Positions 1 through 16,245 of a DNA stretch of 64,000 nt are shown here, piece by piece. This stretch comes from Eledone cirrhosa (Eukaryota). Each line of letters starts with the position of its first letter. Position 1 is the first letter of the stretch. Position numbers and translations under genes: made by a program. The stretch lies in the NCBI GenBank assembly GCA_964016885.1, contig OZ024766.1:14136001-14200000 (forward strand), written 5' to 3'. A model generated the notes under the pieces. The model had not been told where the DNA came from and did no database searches. It worked only from the letters and a program-made list of their open reading frames with translations.

Positions 1-300
1 TGTGTGTAGAAATATGTGTGTAGGTGTTGTAATAATTCAAGATATTTCACTTCAGATAGAAAAGTTCACAATGTTTGTGTTGTGGTAGAAAACGAAATAA
101 TATGTACTTTAGTTCTCAAGACCAAATATAAAGTCAAGAAAAGTTGGTAAAAACTAAATTTTCACTGATTTCTTATTAAAATAATATTTTCCTGGCCTGT
201 AAAATGTTGAAAAACCACCTCAATATTTAATAATACAGGTGATAAAACAACAACTATGAGGTAAATAAGTCACCTTATGTTATTTACAAACATTAACGTC

Positions 301-981
301 CACCTTAATATGAAATAATCACCATAAAAGATAAAATTAGATGAGGTTTAAGTTGTAACAATGGAGCTGATATAAATGATAATATTTCACCGTCTAGTTG
401 ACACCGGTGTCATGACTTAAAAGTCCCCCACATAATTTAATACATTCAGAAACAACTTCCGTTATATTACTTCACACGCTCAATCTATATGTTAGTAATT
501 TATTCAGATTTGTATAAATAACATTATTAATGTTACATAACTGTTCATATTAAAACAAAACACATTATTGAAGGTAATAAACTAGAAATGTGAAAAATGA
601 AAATGAATGAAGCAACTAAAATAATTGTATGTTTGTGTGTGTGTGAGTATAAATATATATATATATAATTTTTTTTTTTCGTACAATGGCCATACTCGAT
701 AACGAGGGGGCAGCCATCATATGTGCCTGTGTACATATATAGCAATAATTTAAGTGTTGTGTTGGTAGTTGATCGTGTTATAGTGTTGGTTCATTTCACC
801 TTAATATGAAATAATCACCATAAAAGATAAAATGAGTTGAGGTTTAAGTTGTAACAATGGAGCTGATATAAATGGTAATATCTCACCGTCTAGTTGACAC
901 CGGTGTCATGACTTAAAAGTCCCCTAGATAATTTAATACATTGAGAAACAACTTCAGTTATATCAATTCACACCTTCAATC
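301..981. repeat. ~185-bp direct repeat pair (301-485 and 797-981)
   Basis: CACCTTAATATGAAATAATCACCATAAAAGATAAAA...CCGTCTAGTTGACACCGGTGTCATGACTTAAAAGTCCC occurs twice with few substitutions. Confidence 0.85.
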
Positions 982-1020
982 CAATTTTCGTTAAATTCCA
1001 TCTGATGCTGCTACTCGGCT

Positions 1021-1089
1021 TTTTCAACTGTACTGATTGGAGATACGTGAAATGAAGCACACACATAGACAGACACTCACACACACACA

Positions 1090-1134
<45 letters not shown>

Positions 1135-1240
1135 ATAATAATAAATTTGAAGACTAAAATCCAAAACAGCGATTCTATATATATATATATGGAGAGAGAG
1201 AGACATCATTTCACGCGTCTCCAATCAGTTCACCTGAAAA
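1021..1240. repeat. ~35-bp inverted repeat flanking CA/TA microsatellites
   Basis: TTTTCAACTGTACTGATTGGAGATACGTGAAATGA (1021) vs TCATTTCACGCGTCTCCAATCAGTTCACCTGAAAA (1206). Confidence 0.65.
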
Positions 1241-1542
1241 AGATATATATATATATATATTAGCAGAAATATATGATTGAGAAAACAAAACTCTTAAATT
1301 TTATTCTTTACACCATATTTCATCTGAAAGGGTAACATTCGTTTTCTGATGTAAGGAATTAAATAAGATTTATATACTCCGTAGAAGTTATATATATATA
1401 ATATTTATTATTATTTATTCTTCAACCTTTAAATGTAAACATACCGTTACTCCCTCGGCCCCCTAAAGACCCATTAATAATTGTAAATAGATATCGAGAC
1501 CTCTATTAACAGTTTAAATCTGCCTTTGCAGCTATATATTCA

Positions 1543-1626
1543 CATATCTGAAGAGATGTCAAATAAAGTGTCGGGTCCCGTCATCTTGATTGTACCCTAA
1601 CCTGATATCGAAACAATTGTAATATG
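1543..1626 (+). ncRNA. Type I hammerhead ribozyme motif
   Basis: CATAT-CTGAAGA-GATGTCA..TGATATC-GAAA-CAATTG-TA-ATATG: stem I CATAT/ATATG, 7-bp stem II with a long loop, palindromic stem III, GUA cleavage triplet. Confidence 0.8.
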
Positions 1627-2047
1627 ACTTCGATTCTTTTCAATCTACACTCTGTAAATTACAGCCGTAACCCTGGAATACATCCTAATCGAGACGAACC
1701 CCGTAACAACATTGAGTCCTTCTAACGGCGCGTAACTGTAGTTACACACCTAACTATCACATACATACACAGACATATATTGACATATAAACACGTATGG
1801 GCAACCTGCAGCCCACGAAGCTTTCTGAATGGCTCGCCTAAGTCACCAAAGTGAAATCTTTCAGATCTTTTACCCCAACTTTTCAGTCGTAATTTATCTT
1901 TCAATCATATTTACGATCGAGGAAAACAACGTGTACGAATCCTGAAGAAACAAATCAAAACAACCTGAGTTACCACCCCTGTTTTTTTTAATGTGGGCAC
2001 GAATGTAAATTAGCGCTTGTGACCCGCCTGCTGATGAGCCATATCTC

Positions 2048-2278
2048 TGTGTCAATGGTGTGGTGGTGTGGAGGAGGTGACCGGAGGTGGAAGAGGAAGT
2101 GACGTGAGATGCGTACCCAGGAGCATTGGTGGGCCCTCTTTCGGCTGTAACCCGCGACGGACGGACGTGCGAATTGCAAACTGCAACTTGGCGAACGGAT
2201 TATACCCACGTGGATGAGCCTAGCTCGCTGAGTGAGCTTGCAGAATTGCGGTAAGTGCAGTAGCTTTCTCGTTACAAG
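2048..2278 (+). repeat. 5' LTR
   Basis: Aligns with 3807-4054 (GGAAGAGGAAGTGACG..GATGCGTACCCAGGAGCAT..GCAGTAGCTTTCTC.TTACAAG); the right end may extend to TTACA at 2303. Confidence 0.75.
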
Positions 2279-2403
2279 CTATTTCGGCATCTGAAGACTT
2301 ACAATTGAATAAAAACAAAATAGGAAGAATTATTTTTTTAAGACAAAGCTGCCGGAAAACAGAGAAGATTCTGTTGTTTGTTACTCATCGTAGGACTAAG
2401 GAG

Positions 2404-3150
2404 ATGACGACGAGATTACGGATGAGCGGAGAAGTAATTAGAGCTTTTACTGGTGAAGGTGACATTGTCGCCTGGATGCGAAAGGTTCGGCTGGCCGCTG
2501 AGCTGCAAAAGATAGACGATGTAGCGGGCCTCATCGCACTCCATCTTGAAGGTGACGCGCTAGCGTTGTACCTCGAGATGGACGACCTCAGCCAGAGGGA
2601 CGCGCAAAAAATTGAGCGGCGTATGATGGAAGCATTCGAGGAAGGACCGCTTACCCCGTTTGCTAAGCTGGCAAGGATTAGGTGAAACGGTGAGCGTGTG
2701 GATATTTTTGCAGCGGAGATAAGGCCACTGGCCATGCTGGCTGGGTTTCAGGTGGAATGCGAACATGCAGTGCGGTTGGCGTTCATAAACGGACTTCCGG
2801 ATGATATCGCGGTGATACTGCAGAAAATACCTGGCTACAAGGAAGTGGAGATGTGTGCACTGATAGAGCAAGCCCGCATCATAGCAGAGGATGCCAAGAA
2901 GAGTGATGCGGCACTAGCAGTAACGGAGGCGCGGGGCAGCCGACAGCGAAATGGCGAAAGAGAGACAAACACGGCGCGCAGTCGCCCGCGAACGTTTACA
3001 GCTGGTTGTTTTAGGTGCCAGGGCGCGCACATGGCGAGAGACTGTAGAGAGTCAATGCCGGACATAATTTGTTACCGGTGTAAGCGGCCAGGCCACATCG
3101 CTACCAGTTGCGACCAGGAAATGGTCCAAGGGGGGCTACTGCGCCCGTAG
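2404..3150 (+). pseudogene. gag: gag (disrupted)
   Basis: Reading frame interrupted by a stop at ~2685; CFRCQGAHMARDC and CYRCKRPGHIATSC CCHC zinc knuckles. Confidence 0.8.
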
Positions 3151-3169
3151 CTACTCCTCGCAAGTAGAG

Positions 3170-3340
3170 GCGCTGCCCGTGGTAAAAATCTTTGTGAGGG
3201 GGAAGCCATTACGAGCTCTAGTGGACACCGGCTGTACGACGACACTATTGACCACGGGGGTGGTGCAGAAGTGTTGAGGGAAGAGTAGCGTAAAGGCAGT
3301 CGACGGTAGGAAGATTGAATGTGGAGGTCGCAGGGAGGTA
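3170..3340 (+). pseudogene. Retroviral-type aspartic protease remnant
   Basis: VKIFVRGKPLRALVDTGCTTTL read from 3182 (GAC ACC GGC at 3224); an in-frame stop follows. Confidence 0.75.
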
Positions 3341-3343
3341 AAG

Positions 3344-3724
3344 ATGGCGGGGCGGGGGAACATATCACCAATGGAGGCAGTGTTTTGGTACATGTCCCCT
3401 CGGGTGGGACAGGCTGAGGAATCGGTGCCACACAGAGCAATATACAGATACGACTGGTGGCACCCGTGCACTGTACCACAACGGCCAGTGGAGAGAGAGA
3501 ACGCATTCGTACAGGTGGGCGAGGAAGTCTGGGTTAAGCCCCCAGACGCACGTTGCACATCTCAATGGGGAAAGGGAACGGTGATGGCCGTAAATTCTCA
3601 GAATAACGTGTCCGTGGACGGAGTGCCAAGTCATATCCGGGATGTCCGTATTGTCGTTGTGTCAACGGACTCCAAGGAAGAGGAAATCCAAAGCGCCGCC
3701 CCAACATTACGGGGATCGCAATGA
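3344..3724 (+). pseudogene. Gypsy integrase C-terminal remnant
   Basis: AVFWYMSPR...QVGEEVWVKPPDARCTSQWGKGTV..VNSQNNVSVDG resembles the end of the integrase core plus an SH3-like C-terminal domain. Confidence 0.65.
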
Positions 3725-3806
3725 GATCGCTGACCGCCTGGATGGACGGCAGATTATCACAAGAAGCAGTGTGAGGGGGAGATTGATCCTTGAGATCAGG
3801 GGGGCA

Positions 3807-4054
3807 TGTGGGGATGGTGTGGTGGTTTGGGGGTGACCGGAAGCTGGAGACGATCGACCGGAGGCGGAAGAGGAAGTGACGTAAGATGCGTACCCAGGAG
3901 CATCTGTGGGCCCTCTTTCGGCTGTGACCCGCGAGGGCGGACGTGCAAATTGCGAGCTGCAACTTGGCAAACGCATTATACCCACGTGGCTGAGCCTATC
4001 TAGCTGAGTGAGCTAGCAGAATTGCGGTAGGTGCAGTAGCTTTCTCATTACAAG
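3807..4054 (+). repeat. 3' LTR
   Basis: TGTGGGG start immediately after the polypurine tract; homologous to 2048-2278. Confidence 0.8.
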
Positions 4055-5009
4055 GTTTCCCATGCTTGGTATATATATAGATGCATATATAGACGTTGGG
4101 TAGCACCTGTGTGTGCCTTTATGTCTCATAAGATAGTGTTTCGATTTTGAAAAATGTTCGATAAAGTATTTTAGGAGGTGATCAAATTGTTTGATAAGCA
4201 AAGCAATATTTTGATTTCTATTTTAATTTACACTCAAGAGGTGCAACACGGAGTACCGAGCCAGAAATCCAGAAAATCTGAGTAGTGTCACCTATAACTA
4301 GAAATACAAGACTTCACTGACCGTTTCCTTACCGAGCCGGTTACTTCCGAGACCGCTGGTATTCTCGGTTATCCCGGACTGTCGATTTTCTCCATAAAAT
4401 GCATGAGAATGGAAGCCCTGTGAGATAGAGTGAATGATGTAGCCTGCGTTGCTGGTTGTTTTCTGCAGCAATGCCTTCGCCATGTTTTTTCTGTGAATTA
4501 CAGCTGAGATACAGTGATCACTCTTCGGTCTCAAATAATCGTACCCAGCCCCCATGTTTATTAATTTTTCAGATATTTATTCTTATTCCAATCCAACTGC
4601 TTATCAAATTTTGCTAATCTCTCTCAGGTGAAATTTTATATTAAGTGGTAGCATTCCTCTGATCATTTTTTTTTGGTCATCAAAACCCATTATATATGAC
4701 AAAAAAAAAGAACATACGTTATAAAATAAGTAGGACGGTTTGGGGTCTCAATATGTAAAGTAATCAACCAATTATTCTGTCTAAAAAATATCAAGGGAGA
4801 CAGCATAGAAAAATTACCCCCCCCCCCCCTCCTATTATTTGGGACCCGAGAGTAAGTGGCTCATTATGATTTATTCTAAGTATATCATTTAAAGAATTAA
4901 ACATAAAAACAAACATATTCAATATAGAAAATCTCACAATACCATGAAAAACCATGGACCTTGTGTAAAGATTATTGAAGAGTATCAAATTAAAAACAAA
5001 ACACTATCA

Positions 5010-5492
5010 GAGGAAACAAAAAAGGGAGGAAGAAAAAGGGATCAAGTAGCGAAAGAAAGGGAGTGGGAGAAGAACAGACAATAGACCCCAGTCTGAGCAG
5101 TGCCCCGTGGTCAAAATGGAAAAGACATTGCCGCGGAGAATGACCAGAGACACCCACTGCACCAACCACCACACCTCACGAGGTTCTCTCCTTAACCGGA
5201 CCGCCGTCAGTTTCAATTAAAATATAAAATAATTTAAAAGAAGAGAATACAGATATATCTCTGTATTTTAATTGAAACAGATGGTGGCCTGTTTGAGGGG
5301 GGATTCTTGTGAGGTGGTGTGGCTGGTGTAGCAGGTGTCTCTGGCCATTCTCTGCAGTAATCTATTTTCCATTTTGACCACGGGGCACGGCTGAGCCACC
5401 ATTCAGACTAGGGACTAGAATCTGTTCTTCCCCCTCTCCATTTCTTTCGCTACTTGATCCCTTTCTTTTTTACTTTTCTTTTCATTCCCTCC
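5010..5492. repeat. Diverged long fold-back (arms ~5010-5225 and ~5264-5492)
   Basis: GGGATCAAGTAGCGAAAGAAA / TTTCTTTCGCTACTTGATCCC; GTGCCCCGTGGTCAAAATGGAAAA / TTTTCCATTTTGACCACGGGGCAC; GTTTCAATTAAAATA / TATTTTAATTGAAAC. Confidence 0.85.
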
Positions 5493-5599
5493 TTTAGTAG
5501 ATCGATATAGTTGCACTTACCTAATTAGATAGATTAATTACTGCTTATCGACGTCTTTCATCAAGTCTTTCATTTTGTTGAGAATACATTTATGTCCAA

Positions 5600-5965
5600 A
5601 GCGGTGAATTGGCAGAAAATTCCTTGTGGTATTCCTTCAAGATCTGCGCTCTGTGTTCAAATACCACCGAAGTCAACTTTGATTTTCATCCTATCGAGAT
5701 CAACAAAATAAAAGTAGCAGTCCAGTACTGGGATCGATTCTTCCTCTATATCTCTATCACATACACACCCACTCTCTTGTTCCCCGTATCTATCTATCCT
5801 TTCTGAAAAAAATTGACTGTGAAACCAATGCCGTCGAGGGTAGCCTCTCCTTTCACATTTACGGGGTCTATAAAACAAAGTACCAGTAACGCACTAAGGT
5901 AGGTTTATTGGACTACCCCTCCCACCAAAACTATTGTCGTTGTCCCTAAATCAGTAACAGTTATT
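5600..5965 (+). mobile_element. Two degraded tRNA-derived SINE copies (family of 36814)
   Basis: GCGGTGAATTGGCAGAA..GTTCAAATACC..GTCAACTTTGATTTTCATCC..AAATAAAAGTAGCAGT..GTACTGGG; second copy TTTACGGGGTC..AAGTACCAGTAACG. Confidence 0.65.
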
Positions 5966-6122
5966 ACATACGACAGTGAGACGGGTTTTATTTAAAAAAT
6001 TTATTTAAAAAGTTCAATTACAATAACTTTATTTAATAATATTTACGAAACTATTTAGGCGAGGTGGGACACAAGTAAACCCTGTTGTAGCATGTAATTG
6101 AGTGAGTCTTGTCACTTTTTAA

Positions 6123-6318
6123 CGAAGATGGGCGGGAAAGTTCATAGGCTGACCATGAAGGAGTGATGCTAGAGCTGTGAAATGTTGAATGCATTAATTT
6201 CAACACTTCTTATTAATAACTGAATTGTTTCTTTTCCAGAGACTATGTTGAAAAATAAACCTCATTTGAACATTCCATGAGAGTATTTTAGTCTATGAAC
6301 TTTACAGCCGACCCTCAT
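6123..6318. mobile_element. Degenerate mariner-like MITE
   Basis: Imperfect TIRs: ..GGGAAAGTTCATAGGCT and AGTCTATGAACTTTACAGCCGACCCTCA, the latter followed by TA. Confidence 0.55.
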
Positions 6319-6365
6319 ATGTACCAAGATATTTCTATAGTAAAAATACCAAGTGAAAAAATATA

Positions 6366-6710
6366 TCATCATCATCATCATTTCATTTTACGTCCACTTT
6401 TCCCTGCTTCCAAGGGTGGGACGGGAACTAATTCTGGCTTGATTTCTACAGCTGGATGCCCTTCCTAACACCAACCTCATTTACAGTGAGTGCTGGGTGC
6501 TTTTTTGCCGTGGCACCTCCACGACCACTTTGCAGTGGAATGATAGGGACATTAGTCCCTATCAACTCACTTCTACAGCTGAGTAAACTGGAGCAATGTG
6601 AAATAAAGTGTCTTACTCAAGGAAACAGCACATCAGCCGGTCTGGGAATTGAACTCACAACCTTTCGATTGCAAGGCCAATGCTCTAACTACTAAGCCAT
6701 GTGCCTCCAT
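6366..6710 (-). mobile_element. tRNA-head SINE with CORE-like centre and RTE-derived (GAT)n tail
   Basis: Minus strand: GGAGGCACATGGCTTAGTAGTTAGAGC (A box), GAGTTCAATTCC (B box), TCCTTGAGTAAGACACTTTA, then GTTAGGAAGGGCATCCAGCTGTAGAAA..GGACGTAAAATG..(GAT)n shared with the RTE 3' end at 28090-28240. Confidence 0.8.
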
Positions 6711-7616
6711 ATATATAGTGCAACACTTCAACGAAAACATATATACACATATATGTTTGTGTGTAGAGAGAGACAGAACTTACCACTAAATATGAAATAT
6801 GTTTGAATAGCATTCAGCGTGTAATAACATCACACAGTTTTGATATGTAATGTATAGACATATTTGAAGAGATGTGAATTTCCCATACATTAATTACAAT
6901 TAATTTTAGTTTATAGACCTTTCAGTAAATGTCTTTGAATTACTCTGTACATGTTCTCACACTGAGCCAAGCGTTAAACTATTTGATAATCAAGAACGAT
7001 AACTCAGAATGACAACTATTATCTGTAGCTGAGTTGTTTCCCATGGGTGTGTGTGTGTCTACGTGTGTTTATGTATACTTGTGTGTATATGTATACTTGT
7101 ATACATACATGCTGATGGCTGCAACTAGATTTCGAGTAATGCCATCGCTTGATACTTAAGTATAAACACCACGGACGTAGCGTTTTAGTCCTACAAGAGA
7201 CTTGCCTAAGGCCAGGAAGGCCATGCATCGCAAAAATGTCACATATCAAGCGATGCCTGGGCTCGAAGCTTTTTTAAGTGATGAAAGGTTTAGCAGGGGT
7301 CAACTCCCACTCTCTGAACATCGAATGTATTTAACTATAACGAAGAATTGGTCTCCATTATTGGGTGCAAACGAAGTCACAAGCTTTATAACAGTGTGAC
7401 CTTCTAGAGAGGTGTCTTAATGAAGAGCAGGAATGTGACCATTGCAACACCCACCCACCTCATGGGGGCTCCTTCCTCAAGTGTGCTGCTGTCTTTCCAA
7501 TAGTGTATACATAGCATCTCTACAGTATACATATATATGTATAGTATATATAGGTTGAGAGGACCCCTATGTAGTATCAAAGACATTACAATATCTCTAG
7601 TGTTGGTGATCTACAC

Positions 7617-7781
7617 CAGGCATGTAAAAAATGCGGCCTGCGGCCCTTTACAAGCACACCTGAGGCCCGCACATATGTTTTTACAGCAGGAGCATGTTTT
7701 ATCTTCGTAATATAAAGTAAAGAAAAATTAGTTGTAATATGCCCATGTGGTCGTCGGGGTACCCTCAGTTTGACATGCCTG
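7617..7781. mobile_element. hAT (Charlie-like) MITE
   Basis: TIRs CAGGCATGT.AAA / TTTGACATGCCTG; perfect 8-bp TSD ATCTACAC at 7609-7616 and 7782-7789. Confidence 0.9.
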
Positions 7782-7794
7782 ATCTACACGATAA

Positions 7795-8182
7795 ACGTAC
7801 CCAGCACATGCTTTAATGTGGATGTGATAGGAAGCGTTTCTAATCACAGAGAGCTTACAAAAGAAGGGTTTGAGGACCCTTTAGTTGTGTTAAGGGCATG
7901 GCAACCATCGTAGTGTTGGGGTCTACATAAATACACCCAGTGAGTGATGTAAAGTTGTTGGTGGTAGGGAGGGTACCCAGCCACAGAAAACTCGCCAAAC
8001 AAAAGGTTGGGAGGACGGTTCAGTTGTGTTGAAGGCATGACACCATCTTTAGTAAGGGTGCCACAATACACTCAGTAGAATGTGGGACAATATGTAAACG
8101 AGGTGTGGACCCCCCACTCCATTCTGGTTTGTGAAGACCTGACCAATCCTTGCTAGCAGGGAAAGTGGATGTTAAATGATGA
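7795..8182 (+). mobile_element. Degraded RTE-tail-bearing repeat
   Basis: Ends CCTTGCTAGCAGGGAAAGTGGATGTTAAATGATGA, matching the RTE 3' termini in this window. Confidence 0.5.
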
Positions 8183-8231
8183 GCTGTGACGTTACTGGTA
8201 CCAAGCTGTTTCACACTTGACATTGCACGAT

Positions 8232-8612
<381 letters not shown>

Positions 8613-8851
8613 AAAGTTATATTTAAATTGTTGGGTTACAACTAGTAAATATTTATAACTGATATAAAAGCACTCGACAAGTATTTGGAGTATATTTACA
8701 GTATTAAAAATGGAAACTATATTTATAAAACCATATTTATTTCATTATATATATTTCATTATATATATTAACTGCCAATTCAACTTTTCAAATACAAGTC
8801 GATGTTGTTACGGTATGTCAAATCTATTTATCTATAAAACTGTTTATATTG

Positions 8852-8918
8852 TATTTTGTCTGAGGAAGGCATAGCAATATTGTTAATATGATATCCCTGA
8901 AATATATATAATGAAATA
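8852..8918 (+). ncRNA. Type I hammerhead ribozyme motif
   Basis: TATTTTGT-CTGAGGA-AGG..CCT-GAAA-TATATA-TA-ATGAAATA; its 3' half and tail are inverted-duplicated at ~8697-8758. Confidence 0.7.
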
Positions 8919-8959
8919 AATATGGTTTTATAAATATAGTTTCCATTTATTTAATACTG

Positions 8960-9327
<368 letters not shown>

Positions 9328-9330
<3 letters not shown>

Positions 9331-10333
9331 TAGGAGGTGAGTTTTATTGTAGTACAATAAAGCAATGCAGATATCGGATAAGAAGACAAAAAAATTATTA
9401 TTATTTTTTTCTCCCCATCAACGAACTCATTATTAATACATATCAATTCAATATACAAACTTTAACTTCACATTATTTTTCTCAAATCCTTCTACACACA
9501 AACCATAACAATTTTTCTCTTCGCTAATTTTGAAATTGCCACAATACATACATTTCTTCTTTTGACGTTAGAATATTCACCCACAATTATTATTTTTTTC
9601 TCTCTATCTTCATACATAATTTCCCTTCGTTAATTTTCAAATTCCTTTAATTTATACATTATCTTCCAACGGTTCCCAACCTCTCTATATTAAAACAATA
9701 TATCTTTTTCTCAGTTATAAAAACTATCTCTTTCTCTCTATCACCCATCTCTCCCTCTCCACCTTCACTCTCATCTCCTCCCCCCTTTTTTTCATCCTTT
9801 CCACCCCACCCCCACCCCCTCCCTAAATAAAATATTTTTTCCTCGCACATATCCTCCCTTCGTTAATTTTCAAAATTTTTAATTTATACAGTATCTTCCA
9901 ACGGTTTTCAACCCCTCTATGTAAAAAATATATCTCCTCTCAGTTATAAAAACTATCTCTTTCTCTCTATCACCCATCTCTCCCTCTCATCTCCTTCCCT
10001 TTTCATCCTCCCCCCCCCCCTCTCTAAATAAAATATTTTTCCCAATATCACACATCAATCTAAAACCACTTTTCATATGTTGATTTAAAACTGCACTATC
10101 AACAAGTGTTTTTTAGCCTTCATATCATGTTCTCCTGTTTTATCTGATGAAAACACAAATATTATTGCTTGATGATGTTTGTTTTTGAAATGCGCATAAT
10201 AAAATATATGGAACTCCTTTAACCATCTTTTGATCTTATATTATGCATACTCCAGTCCCACAAACTGTAGAGTGCTTCTTATCCGATATCTGCATTGCTT
10301 TATTGTACTACAATAAAACTCACCTCCTACATA
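9328..10333 (+). mobile_element. Non-coding Penelope-like remnant with a ~58-bp inverted terminal duplication
   Basis: ATGTAGGAGGTGAGTTTTATTGTAGTACAATAAAGCAATGCAGATATCGGATAAGAAG (9328) is the reverse complement of ~10275-10332; contains a hammerhead and an internal ~230-bp tandem duplication (9622/9856); embedded in (TA)n. Confidence 0.7.
10137..10205 (+). ncRNA. Type I hammerhead ribozyme motif
   Basis: GTTTTAT-CTGATGA-[~16-bp hairpin]-GAAA-TGCGCA-TA-ATAAAAT. Confidence 0.85.
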
Positions 10334-10357
10334 TAAGTGTGTATATATATATATATG

Positions 10358-10388
<31 letters not shown>

Positions 10389-10409
10389 GATATATATATA
10401 TATATAAAA

Positions 10410-10511
<102 letters not shown>

Positions 10512-10517
10512 ATATCA

Positions 10518-10968
10518 AAGAGCAAAGGAGCTCTTAGGAGTCAATGGCCATCCAAAATCACCGGAGAGATGACCCCTTAGCCTTTGTCAAGGCAGAATTC
10601 TAGGAGAAGGAAAACTCTGATATAACACCTGCAACCCTGATGGTATCCAATGATGTTGACTTGTTTTTCTTTTTGGTAAATATCATCTTGGTTAAGAGAG
10701 TGGGACTGGCTTTGTGCAGTGCCTTTGCTCACTATAAAAGCTTCACAGCACAGGCATTGCTTTATATCTGGAGATCTCTCTACACTTGTCGTCACATGGT
10801 ACCATGGGCCCTGCACTATGTGTCAATAATTGTCACAAGTGTAGTGTTTGTACCAGAGTTTTCAAGTCGCTGGCTGGACTAAAAAGTCACACTCGTTCAG
10901 CGCATCGGTAGGGGTTCTCCTACATGGATATAAAGTAGTGGCCGTACTCGAAAACGAGTTGGCAGCCA

Positions 10969-10972
<4 letters not shown>
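10518..10972 (+). mobile_element. Interspersed repeat, copy 1 (copy 2 inverted at 16243-16880; end fragment at ~680-722)
   Basis: High similarity to the reverse complement of 16243-16725; flanked by (TA)n; family unknown. Confidence 0.75.
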
Positions 10973-11372
<400 letters not shown>

Positions 11373-11485
11373 GACTCCAGTTCCCCAGTGAATTAACAAC
11401 CCAACAAGGAACTGGGCATATCAGAGTATTGACAATATCATACACCTAAACAACATATGTACTTGTCTATACCATACTAATTCAA

Positions 11486-11540
11486 ACTGCCTGAAGAGGT
11501 CACAGCCAAATATGGCTGTCACTGAAATATATATAGCAGT
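11486..11540 (+). ncRNA. Type I hammerhead ribozyme motif
   Basis: ACTGC-CTGAAGA-GGT.ACAGCCA AATA TGGCTGT.ACT-GAAA-TATATA-TA-GCAGT. Confidence 0.88.
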
Positions 11541-11734
11541 AATAAACGAAGCTAAATTTTAATCATTTGATTTTTATTTAACTTTATTTTACACTACTCC
11601 GGAATAACCAAACCAACCTGCGCACTTCGTCGAGTGCTCCAGCCTGCATACTGAGGTGTTGGTATACAACCAACATAAACTCTAAATCTATATACACATA
11701 TATATATATATATATATACACATATATGTATTAA

Positions 11735-12005
11735 CTTGTTCAGGTTGTCGAGAACAATACATAGGCCAGACCAAAAACCGCCTCCGCCAACGCATGACTG
11801 TCCATAGATCCCCAAATTAAAATACGGGAATACAGGAAAATACCACTGAGTGAACACATTGATACCTGTGCCGCCCAAAATCATCCCAACTTCAGAATCT
11901 TTCCCCTCTACAAATTTAAAGATAATGCCACCCACACTCAGCGCATCAGCAAGAATCTTACTTCATTAACAAATACGGACCCCCGTCTAAACACTTCTCC
12001 CTAAG
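11735..12005 (+). pseudogene. Penelope-like GIY-YIG endonuclease C-terminal remnant
   Basis: CSGCREQYIGQTKNRLRQRMTVHRS then, after a frameshift, IPLSEHIDTCA..FRIFPLYK..LN. Confidence 0.7.
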
Positions 12006-12320
12006 ACGAACCCACAACATACACACGTCAACATACATACCTACATCAGCACACATCTCTACCCACATATAAACACAATGACACACGTAAACACACATGC
12101 TCTATGGTGAAATACAAAAAAATATATGTGCATATATATGTATGTATATATGTATATATATATATATATGTAGTGAATATATGTATGTGTATATATATTT
12201 AGTGAATATCATTTCACACCTTTTATTGTTAAGATTTTTGATGTTCTATTAAGAGAACCGATTTTACTGAAAAAATCGAATAATGTACACCATTTTACCA
12301 GGGGGAAAAAAATACTGGTC

Positions 12321-12352
<32 letters not shown>

Positions 12353-12522
12353 CACAAACACATACACACGCGTACATCAACATACAAAGAGACTTATACA
12401 CACACACACACACACACGCGCACTTCTCCGTATAAGACAAAAGCTGAAAAATATCTTTTGACATGCTAAAATACCCCCCATTGCTTTCAGACACATTCTT
12501 ACTGACCATCGAATTACTCTGC

Positions 12523-12559
<37 letters not shown>

Positions 12560-12643
12560 ATCTTAATAGCCATTTGACACACATCGCTGCTGGCCATTGT
12601 CGCAGCATCGAACACCTTACTACTACTACTACACACACACACA

Positions 12644-12675
<32 letters not shown>

Positions 12676-13058
12676 TACACACACACACACACATATTTGT
12701 TGTGAAAGAGTCATTTCTCAATCTTGGCGCAAAACCAATTTTTTATCCACATGACCTCTACCGACCAATCAAAATTGTTTTGACCACAAGCATTTTTGCA
12801 ACACAAAAATAACGCTGGAGCCACTTTTTTAACATAAAAACAGGTAGAATTCCCAAAACTAATCAGATCAGAGCAAACAACACGGACACTCTATCTCAAA
12901 ATTATTTTTGAAAAGCATTTAGAAATGCGCAACCGGTAAAAACTTAAAAACTTAAAACCACAACTGAATACTAACCCATACAATCACTAATACTCTTTTA
13001 TTCCTAATTAAGCCATTTTTCAACTGTGAACAATTTGTCAGCATTTTCTATTCCGTTT

Positions 13059-16242
<3,184 letters not shown>

Positions 16243-16245
<3 letters not shown>

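Larger units (their letters stand above)
2048..4054 (+). mobile_element. Internally deleted Gypsy/Ty3-like LTR retrotransposon
   Basis: Two related LTRs starting TGT (2048, 3807), purine tract AGGGGGG before the 3' LTR, gag with two CCHC knuckles, DTG protease, integrase C-terminus; RT, RNase H and integrase core absent. Confidence 0.85.

Noticed and set aside
998-1057. Hammerhead-like CTGATGC...GAGATACGTG
   Set aside because: Both core boxes deviate and the stems are not convincing
4250-4560. CpG-richer unique segment with an 85-aa ORF, possible host exon
   Set aside because: No recognisable domain or convincing splice/ORF evidence by eye
6640-6710. tRNA gene
   Set aside because: The tRNA-like head continues into a SINE body and RTE tail; no full cloverleaf
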